A DNA stretch of 49,158 bases, counting the filler, from Streblomastix strix (Eukaryota), in assembly GCA_008636045.1 (NCBI GenBank). It is 3 parts of 3 records of this genome, joined end to end, with 100 filler letters (N's around TTAATTAATTAA, not from the genome) between each part and the next. Parts side by side here need not be neighbours in the genome. Positions count along the whole stretch, not along the records: positions 32,842 to 49,158 come from SNRW01000837.1; 2 more parts are not named here. One strand, written 5' to 3'. Within the stretch, counting starts at the first letter, position 1; every line of letters starts with the position of its first letter. Shown here one piece after another: positions 39,532-49,158 of this stretch. The position numbers were made by a program, and so were the translations under genes. A model generated the notes under the pieces. That model saw only the letters and a list, made by a program, of their open reading frames with translations. It did not search any database and was not told the DNA's origin.

Positions 39532-41760
39532 TCAAGGAGGAACAGCACCTAAGGTAACTGGTTTAGCTCTCCAATACACTTTAGGTCCATCGCTATAGAA
39601 ACCTCCATTAGTATCAACGCTATTGAGACCCCATAAGATAGGATTGCCTGCAGAGTAATTAACTGATCCATTAGATGACCCACTCTATGCTCCTGTGCCA
39701 GCGATAACAGATCCATTGAAAGATAGGGTATTTCCATCAGCTGATATCATTAGTCCTTTATTAACTGTATTTTAATCAGCTGTTCCACATATATATAATT
39801 CGCCAGCATTTCTTTTTATTATTGTCCATTATCCATCAATTTCACCTGATGAACTAGTCGATGTTCCTATATAAATAGCACTAACATTAAAAATGGGACT
39901 ATTTGCTATTCTTATCACTTCACCATATGATACATCAGTTGGATTTAATTAAATACTATCTAAAGTAGTACCTCCAAATGTTTTTCTTCCATTAATCGTT
40001 TAATCAGTTCCAACATTTACTAATTCATTACCGTTGAATTTAATTATAGAACTATCACTGTTAATACTTAAACCAAGGCTATGATCAGCTTATCGGAGGG
40101 ACGATGGATTTATTGTTAGGGCATTATCATTTGTTTTACTTATTTCCCACTAGCCTGTTTGAGTTGTATTTATAGCTGAAGTTGAACATCCTAAATATAA
40201 GGAAGAGTATTCAGAGTTATAGTTTCTAATTCTAATACCATTATTATATATTCCATAAGTTCGACCTGTTGGATTAACTTATATCATATTATTTATTATT
40301 CCACCATTTCCTAAATCATAAGTAATTGGTATTTATGTTGCGCTTGATACTGTTGTAACTACATCCTATGTTAATATCTCTGTTATTCTATTAGTATAAT
40401 AAGTGCTTTAATCAGATACCACTATTATAAGGGAATTAGTTGATTCTACTCTAACATATGCTGAATAAATAGCTGATGTATCTGATCCAGTATGAGTATG
40501 AAATAATTAATTTACACCACTATCTATAACATAGTTAGTACTAACTTTAGTAGGAGCTGTAAATACACCATATATAGTATTGATTTCATTAACGGTATAA
40601 TAAGGTACTAATCTAATGGTTTGAACAGCATTATACTATGAATATACTTTAAATTAAATGAATGGATTTCCTACACTAGCACCTGCAGGAAATACACATA
40701 ATCTAATCCATCCACCTCCACTACTATTGTATGATCTAGAAAGCTTATTATCTATTGTAGTTGTATCACCATTAGCACATAGCACTTCCGTAGCCAATCC
40801 ACCTGTCTTAATAAATTAAGTAGCAGTTACATTACCATCATAAGTCAATTGCTATGGATGAACATGATCGTGTCGAGAGTAATAAGTCGATGTGCCATTA
40901 ACCCCAACTCCATCAACGACAAGGATATTGGAAGCGTTAGTCTCCACATTAATAGGATGTGAATGGTCAGATCTAGCGTATGAATTAGCTGTACCAACTG
41001 ATCCAGTGCTATCTTATAATGGAGTAGTATCACTAATATTAATAGGATGAGAGTGATCAGATCTAGCATAATTAACTGAAGTACCAACTGCTCCATCAGA
41101 GGTATCACTAATCGGTACACTAGTCGATATGTTTAATGGATGGATATGATCTCCACGTGAATACTCAGCACTAGTTCCTGCAGTTACAGTACCATCTGCC
41201 TATGGATTTGCATCACTTGCAGGAGTCATTTAATCAGATACTATTTAATCAGTTTCTATCCATTAACTTCCATCATAATCCCATACCAATAAATCCTCTG
41301 CACTATACGCATAATCACCTAATGCAGGATTAGCTAGTTATTGTATCTCATCGTTAGTTGTAAAGTAACCCCTGAAGTGAGTCTAACGCGCTAATTCAGT
41401 GTTAATAACAATTACATCAGCCTATAGCTATCCTATGTCTTAACTGTATCCATTAATCTATTACTATATGTTTCACACTTACTATTCTAATATGATTATT
41501 TTTTATAAGAAATCATTGTTTATTAGTTGTATATTGTTAACTATCAATAAGCCATCTTACGTTAATTTCATCGCATAATCTGTGGGGTTATTCTTAGGGC
41601 AATACAGTAGGTTATTTTAGTCGTCAATTGTAAATTAATAGTTATCATTATTCATAACACCATTCGAACTACTCTTCTTTGAGTACTACATATAATTACT
41701 AATATCTTAGTGTATTAATCGTTTGATTACTGATAATTGCTATTACAAAAGAGAAGTCAT
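39532..41760 (-). CDS. Phage tail-fibre-like protein, copy B (~742 codons; one internal TGA near 41475)
   Basis: Four YxRxDHxHP repeats (about 40855-41165), an N-terminal coiled coil, and the same C-terminus as the copy A fibre. Confidence 0.75.
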
Positions 41761-41774
41761 TTTAGTTAAATTAA

Positions 41775-42158
41775 ATGAACCATATCTCGTTAATTATGTC
41801 AATATTCAATTATATATTCTATGGAGCTAATTTTTTGCTATCTGTCATTAGTTTATCGATATCTGATTAAGCATAAGAGCTAATTAATGTGTTTAAAAAG
41901 CTATGGAGTTACCTTGATGTGATAGTGATTCCGATTAGTATTGTAATCTATATTGTTAAATTCTTCTATCACCGTAAAATGAGTAAAGTTAAACATTGGA
42001 GTTAATTTACGATTGACGAGCTGTATTAGTTAGTATAATTAGCTATAGACGCTAAGGATCTTAAATTAGCCTAGCATTATCGATACCTGATTACTTTAAA
42101 GTTGATTAATTAATCCAATTAAAATGAGTCTATCAGAGATAAAGCAAATACAGTTTGA
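41775..42158 (+). CDS. Small protein with two predicted transmembrane segments
   Basis: Hydrophobic stretches ISLIMSIFNYIFYGANFLLSVISLSI and YLDVIVIPISIVIYIVKFFY; overlaps the ATPase start. Confidence 0.5.
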
Positions 42159-43155
42159 TACTTATAATATGCTAGATGAATATAAAACACGGCCATTAAC
42201 GCCTAAATCTATCTTCCTTATTAATGCAAACCATTATATTGTAGGAGCAGTTGGAAGTGGTAAAACAACATTAATGAGTAAACTAATTGTATTGTATAAA
42301 CATATAATTAACCCCTATATACTATACATCTCGAATCTTGGTCCTGATGAAAGTATGTCGTTAAATATGAACGATAAAAATATAGCAATTAATAACATAA
42401 CTTATGATGATGCGATGATGTTCTTACCTTAATTCGATGAGATTAAATACAAGGTTAAAGAGAAATATACCTACTGGAATTTAAAGCAAATGAAAATCAA
42501 ATATAATAGTGATTACATTAAATAACTCAAGTAGAATATGATTGATGCAAATGAGATAACAAAGAATGAGTCGTATCAATAATTTACATCTAGAATGAAG
42601 GAGTAATTTAAGACCTATTGCATAGAAACAATTAACGAATATAATTAACCGTCTAAATTGATGTAATATACTATCTTACCGTTAGTTTAGAATGTTAATT
42701 ATGAGAAACGACTAAAAATAATTGACACAAAAGAGATAGATGAAGATGGAGTATCAATAATTAAAACATTAAAATTACCTATACTATAAAATGCTCGATT
42801 ATTATCTACATTAATGATCTTTGATGATATTGGTTCAAATACAGATATATAAAGATATACTTCATAGCTATCTCGTACAATAATTCATCTCGTTAGTGAT
42901 AGCCGTCACTCTAAAAATACACTATTCTTTGTAGCTTAACGAATATAATACTTGTTCAAAACTGCACGAATATTATGCCATGTGATAGTGCTTGGAGTTA
43001 ATTTAGGAGAGAGTGATTTGAAATAGATTTATGATGAGAATACTATAAACACATTAACGGAGTAAGAGCTAATGATATTATATAACTCATTGAATAAATA
43101 TGAATTTATTGTAATTAATAAGTGGTTATAACGTTTTGAAATATTGCGTAATTGA
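42124..43155 (+). CDS. A32/FtsK-HerA-like genome packaging ATPase (343 aa)
   Basis: Walker A IVGAVGSGKTT, Walker B LMIFDDIG, and motif SRHSKNTLFFVAQ...KTAR. Intact 1032-nt frame with TAR=Gln. Confidence 0.9.
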
Positions 43156-43173
43156 ATTTATTTTTAGACATAA

Positions 43174-43314
43174 ATGATCTGGGAAATAATTAGTAGTGTT
43201 TCATTAATGATTATAGCTATTAACAATCTACTAGGATGTGTGTTAACGATATAATAGATTTCAATTGATAATGAGTAGATTAGCGATGAGGTAAGGAATT
43301 CAATTTATGGATGA
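43174..43314 (+). CDS. 46-aa single-transmembrane protein
   Basis: MIWEIISSVSLMIIAINNLLGCVLTIQQISIDNEQ...; TAAATG start; abuts the convergent fibre-2 stop. Confidence 0.45.
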
Positions 43315-43317
43315 TAA

Positions 43318-44355
43318 TCAATAATTATATAAAGCATATGAATCATTCACTTAAACAAAGAAGTCATTAAGCAAACTGTATTAGCATTATGAGATAATTT
43401 TAATATGACCATCAGGATCAATGATACAATCAATAGGAATTGGATTAGGCCATACAACTGAAGTAGTAGCTTACTTAGTTATATACATAATAGCATTAAG
43501 AGGTATATTATATGATGATTACCTGAACTTAGGCTTTGCGCTATCATACATAAATGAAAATAGAGTATAACCAGTGTTCACATTAGTGTTAGGTTAAGAG
43601 TGTGTTATTGCTATAGATATATAAACACGATTATTCAATAAAGTAGCTTTACCCCAAGTGAAGAAATCATATATACCAATACCTAGTGTCTGTTAAGTAG
43701 CATATTCAATTGGAGGAGTTGGTAATGGAGCTACTAACTAATTATTGAACTTGAGTGATGTACAATCGAAATCAATAACCAATCCCTTGTAATCATAAGC
43801 CTAATCTTCTTATTTTTGTATCCTGAATAATGATAAAGTTGATCCCACCTTCCATACATCATCACTATCTTATGGGTCAGTGTTACACCCTGTAAGGACG
43901 AAGCTATCCCAGTTCGCTTTATTTTTCATTATCCTAAGCCCTTAATTACGAATGTCATCATTCGGTTCTATTATCATTTAACCCATTGCGTAAGGAAAAT
44001 ATTTAGGTAAAAAATCACCCATATTAGTTGTATCACCATTAGCGAGTAGAATCTAATCATCAGTACCGTTAATCTTTATAAATTAATCGGCTTAGATTGA
44101 CTATGTGAATTATTTATATCCTGTTACCGTTTGATCAGTATCTAATGTCGTTAACTTAGATAAATTAACATCCTTTGATTTCATGTATTAGCTAAAGTAA
44201 GTAATCAGTTTAATAATCTCGGAGTCAATGAAACTGGTTAACGATTTTTATAGCTTCTCTAATTACTTTACTTCCTCTTATTTTTATTGTATCTCTTACA
44301 GCTATTATTATATATTAATTATCTCCTCTTCAGTTGGTTCGATTAATAAATTCAT
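43318..44355 (-). CDS. Second, short fibre-like protein (345 aa)
   Basis: N-terminal coiled coil, then TLDTDQTVTGYKQF and FIKINGTDDQILLANGD, motifs shared with the long fibre; intact frame. Confidence 0.7.
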
Positions 44356-44398
44356 TTGTATTAAAAATAAAATGGTGCCTTAGCATGAACGAAGAGAA

Positions 44399-45049
44399 TC
44401 AGAATTCATTTATATCAATCTCTGATGATGGTTTATCTGATAGTCTAACGAAGTCCTTGTTAACGCGATATAGCTTCTCAACTGAGTTCCAAAGCTCATT
44501 ATCAATCACGCTAATGCTTACATTTTTAATTAATACATCCATAACTCTAACAAGGTCTTTCTTCTTATATTTCTTTGCCATACATGAATGTGATTACATT
44601 AATGGTTCCTCTAATACTATTTCAATATCTTCTTCGTTTTCTTATGTTACCAAAGACCAAAATTTAATGAAGTTGTCACTATTTAATATGAAGTCATTTC
44701 CACGCTTTCTTGATGTAGTTACTCTCCATATGCAATCAATAACGAATTTAAGGACCTCTAGATTTGGATGAGCTAAGAATGTATTTTTAACCACTTCCAC
44801 TGGTTCTACTTAAGCAGTCTCTCGTTCTACTTCTTTGTATTTATTTTTACTGTAATGTCTCTTAGGTCTAACTTCATCTTTAGTGCTATCCTCTTTAATT
44901 TCTTATTATGGAGACGATAAATTTCTCAAGGCTTAATCAATCGACTATAATCTAAGTTTATCTTCTTCCGATAACTCTTTCTTCTTGTCTTCGATTTGTT
45001 TCTTTGATTTACTCATACGGAGTTAATTCCTCTCGATGCTTGAAATCAT
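44399..45049 (-). CDS. Hypothetical viral protein (216 aa)
   Basis: 651-nt open frame with TAR=Gln. Confidence 0.55.
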
Positions 45050-45080
45050 TTAAATCGAATAAAAATTTAATCATTGATAA

Positions 45081-45623
45081 ATGGATAAATCACAAGCCTT
45101 AAGAAAATTAAAAAAAACTGGTACTACATTTGAAAGCTTCACTGGTGGATATTTAATGTAAGTAGGTAAGTAGATTAAAGTATTTGAAGACGGTTAGAAG
45201 GCTCCTAAAGAATTAACATAAGCTTAGTAAAATAAGTTGTTATAGATTCCTGTAATAAAATAATAATAAGAGTAACGATTAATGATTCAATACGATGATG
45301 AAGATGAAAGTGAAGAAGATTAAGAAGTATAAGTTCCTATCACTAAAAAGAAGATTAAAGCAATATAAAAATAACCCACTATTAAATATTCTACTCCATA
45401 TTTAGATCTTGAAGAGCTAATTAAATTACGAACAGAAAATCAATTCATTAAGTAATAACATATCGAATCATAGAAACAAATTAGTAAATATAAGAATAAG
45501 CTTATATCAATGAAACAAGTTAAAGAGACCTCAATTAAAGAAACAATTAAAGAAGAACCAATTTAATAACCAATTTAAGAGTAAGTTAGTGAAAGATGTA
45601 TTAATGAATTCGAGTTATATTGA
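45081..45623 (+). CDS. Charged coiled-coil hypothetical viral protein (180 aa)
   Basis: 543-nt open frame MDKSQALRKLKKTG...FELY-TGA. Confidence 0.55.
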
Positions 45624-46039
45624 TGATTATTTTTATAGCTTAATCCCTATGATTCACGGGGTATCATAAACGCTGTACATTATCGATTTTGATTTACATT
45701 CCAAGGGGGGGGTCCTTATGAATCAGAATGTTTAATCATATGGTTATTCACATCCTTCAAGCTACATTTAGTCCTTGAGGTTAGTCAAATACCATCGTTG
45801 AAACGCATTATTAAGAATGATGTTTTATCTTTGTTTACTATAAGAATTGATGCTTATGGTTATCTGCCTAGGATAAATCGATGATTAGACCTATGATTCG
45901 TGAAGACCGTTTATTTTTAAAAATTAGAGTTAATTTGGTTATTTATACCGTAGATTTTTGTGGATTCGTGGAGGCGGGTAGATTTGGGCTATTATCCATA
46001 TGATTTTAAAAAATAGTGCCAATTTCGCCAATAATATCT

Positions 46040-49004
46040 TCTAACATATACTCTTATCATGAAGAATTTGAAGGATAAACTGGTTAATATAGACTATTTA
46101 ATTCATACTGTTAACTTAATAATGAATCAATAACTTTAGATTTATTACTCATTAGTAATGGAAAAGAGTAACATGTAATGTATGTGTCTAATGTTGAAAA
46201 ATTATCTGGCGTTCTTGTCTGTCCCCATTGTCATGATTATGTAACAATATTATCAGAGACTAACAAAAGAGTTAACGAATATTTCAGTACTCATGTAGAT
46301 AAATGTAAATCGTCAACTCATGAACCATCAATCTTGTTACACGATGTTCCAATGCCAATATGTCCTTCAATACTAAGTCATACTACAATAGAGTATTTAA
46401 TGGCTTATGGATTAATGGATCAATTTAAAGCATAGCGAGGATTTATAACATACGACTTTGAAACATTAAGTGATTAAGTTATGAAAAAAATTACTGATTA
46501 AACAAAATTACTCTCACAATTATCTAGATTATCAATTGCATCAACAGAAGTTTATCCCAACAGAGATAAATCATATGAATTAGCTAAGAGATGTTATACA
46601 TTATTCGATGAATTATCTGATAATTATTAGGAACAATTTTAAAAATATGAATTACCTAACTCCTCATCTTTTGTTCATTTATGGCTTGCATAAACATTTG
46701 AATCAGCAGAATAGATATATTAGTGTATGAAATATAGTGATGAAAATATTCCTTTTGATAAATGTGTTAAGGTTTTGGGATTGAATAGTTCAAGATTTGA
46801 TATTGCTTTGTTATCGGTTGCATTAGATTGTGAACTTTGGACAGTGGTTGTACCTATTGGTGATCTCATTAATACTAAATCAATTACAGTAACGCACAAG
46901 AAGTCACATATGAAATTGCAATTCATTGATACTGAAAATTTATTTGAATCAATGACATTAAAAGCATGTATAAAGGATTATGGCGACAAATCTGAACATA
47001 AAGATGTATTTCCTTATGAAGATATTAACTCAAAGAATTGGAAAGAAATATTAGTGAAAACAGAACCATTTGAATATGAAAATTTTAGGTCATAACTCAA
47101 AAGAGGTTACTCTATCACAAAAGATGAATATGATTAATATTTGATTGATTTTAAGAGGTTCACTAACAGATTAGAATATCTCAAATATTATAACATTAAT
47201 GATACAGAGATGATGGTTTTGCCATTAATGAATTTAATCGAAACATTTGAATAATTCAATATTGATGTTTTACACTATATTTCAATAGCTTCATGTGCAT
47301 ATGCAACGAAACATTATTCAACATACTTCCCTTCAAATTTTAACCTTGAAGTTGATAAACAAGTTTATTATGAAGATTTTGATATCACTGCCGACTATTC
47401 CAATACAAACCCTTAAGCAAAACATTTTGTACAAACAGAATAGTACTGGAAAAAATAAGTGTTATAATTACAAATAACAGGACTATAAAGCAGGTAGAGA
47501 AACGGAGAAAAATGTAACAGCTGATGACTATGATTACTACAAAAATTTATTCAGTACATCAGTGTGTTCAATTTGTAATGCAAAATTCACTTATGACAAT
47601 CTTCCCAGTTTAGATAAATAAAATAATGAACTTCCTCATACTAAAGATAACTGTTTGCCTGCTTGTGTTTCATGTAATATAGCACATGCAAATAGAGATC
47701 CAAAAATAGCGTCATTACATATCAAGATGAGATAGTGTGCAATTAAACATAATTTATCTATGATAATTAGAGACGAACGAATATATAAATTACTTCGAGA
47801 ATGTATTACAGGTGGTCTTGCAGCAGTATTTCATAGAGAGAATATTGCAGGTAAAACTAATACAAATGAATTAACTTATGATGAATAATCAAACAAAGTG
47901 ATCTTATAAGATAATGAAAATGTTACTACACATGCATTTGCTCCTGATGATAGCAGTCTATATCCCAATTCATATTCATCAGTCAAAAATGAAAATATTC
48001 CCTACACTGATCATAGAATGTATATGGCAGGTAGATCAAGATTTTATTCAGAAAAACTATATGTAATCAAAAACTGTATAGATCAACGAAAGGATATATT
48101 TGTAGCAAAAGTCAAAGGTTGTTTTCCTAAGTCAGAATACAATAACTTACTTGCACTACCACTAATCTTTAGAAACATTGAGATAGAAAACAAGAAAGAA
48201 GTGATAGGTGAATATATATATTCACAAGCACAAAAACATTCACTACCAACGACTATGAAAGATAGAAAACTTACAATATTAGTTGATACTAATGGTTAAT
48301 TTATGGTATTTAATAACTATTATCTTTGGCTTCTTATTGATCTTGGCTTCATCATTACCGACAATAAAGCTATTGCAGTCTTTGAAAAAAATACGGCATA
48401 TGAGCCTTTTGTTAGAACAATGATGAACTTAAGAATATAAGCTATATTAGCAGGTTCATCTAAAGAAAAATTTTACAAATTATTAATTAAAGCATCATAT
48501 GGATATAATACACTAAACACAGAGAAGTTTAGTAAGATAAAGTTATTAGATAAAGCTGATACTTTCATTGCATAACATCATCCTAATCACATAGGTACTA
48601 GACGAATTAGTGCTAACACATTTGCAGTATAAATAAAGTCTAAAACAGCTACTTGTTTTACATCACTTTAATCAGGAGTTTTACACTTGATAATGCAAAA
48701 TATTGATATCTAAATTATATATATAACATCATGCATAAATGTCTAAACCGCAAACGAATTAATTTTGTTCTTGCAGATACTGATTCAGTTTATATAGCAA
48801 TAGCAGGAGATCCAAATAAACATTGTCATTAATAATTTGAATCAATAGTAACAGATAAACAATTCTATGACTAACATGTATACTAATATTTACCTGATCC
48901 TCAGAAAGACATCTATGATTATAAAAAGATACTTAGATTTGGAATTGAAAATTAAGGATATGATCTTACATCACTAGGACCTAAATGCTATTCAATGATT
49001 GTTC
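46040..49004 (+). pseudogene. Second pPolB, a divergent subtype, truncated at both ends and decayed
   Basis: CPHC zinc knuckle, TYDFET, LGLNSSRFD, KDVFPYE, YNINDT, GGLAAVFHR, degenerate DDSSLYP, KLLIKASYG, LADTDS and LGPKCY. No start codon. Frameshift about 48680 and a TGA in KY*YL. Similarity stops abruptly about 49004. Confidence 0.88.
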
Positions 49005-49158
49005 TCTGTTGGGATAAACTTCTGTTGATGCAATTGATAATCTAGATAATTGTGAGAGTAATTTTGTTTAATCAGTAATTTTTTTCATAACTTAATCACT
49101 TAATGTTTAAAAGTCGTATGTTATAAATCCTCGCTATGCTTTAAATTGATCCATTAAT

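Larger units (their letters stand above)
32842..45630. mobile_element. Endogenous Polinton/Maverick-like virus, copy B
   Basis: Same gene order as copy A (penton candidate, pVI-like gene, MCP candidate, two small ORFs, fibre), plus a packaging ATPase and a second fibre. Confidence 0.88.

Noticed and set aside
40855..41165. Regularly spaced ~85-90 nt repeats as a CRISPR-like array or DGR template
   Set aside because: Similarity is at the protein level (YxRxDHxHP) with synonymous variation. No cas or reverse transcriptase gene and no adenine-specific TR/VR pair seen.
16423..49158. Bacteriophage contamination, suggested by tail fibres, HNH and KilA-N
   Set aside because: The genes need the same TAA+TAG=Gln code as the host genes, and the pPolB, rve integrase and A32 ATPase set is Polinton-type.

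Overview
AT-rich eukaryotic (protist) DNA that uses a non-standard nuclear code: TAA/TAG = Gln and only TGA = stop. The supplied standard-code ORF track is therefore mostly fragments or antisense shadows. The code, the short AT-rich introns and the gene families best fit an oxymonad such as Streblomastix (inference). Two 100-nt N/TTAATTAATTAA/N linkers (16323-16422, 32742-32841) split the window into three pieces that may not be adjacent in the genome. Piece 1 (1-16322) holds host genes: a MetAP2 with an N-terminal hydrophobic anchor, an RRM protein, a kanadaptin-like protein and hypotheticals. Pieces 2 and 3 are two related, syntenic, slightly decayed endogenous Polinton/Maverick-like viruses fully recoded to TAR=Gln. 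Between them they encode a protein-primed DNA polymerase B, an rve integrase with an apparent D-D-D triad, an A32-like packaging ATPase, candidate major and minor capsid proteins, phage-like HxH-repeat fibres, HNH and KilA-N accessory genes, and a 69-aa protein whose N-terminus (MGFWSGLKNFGSKI) closely resembles the membrane-lytic helix of adenovirus protein VI. All translations were done by eye; no database searches were run.
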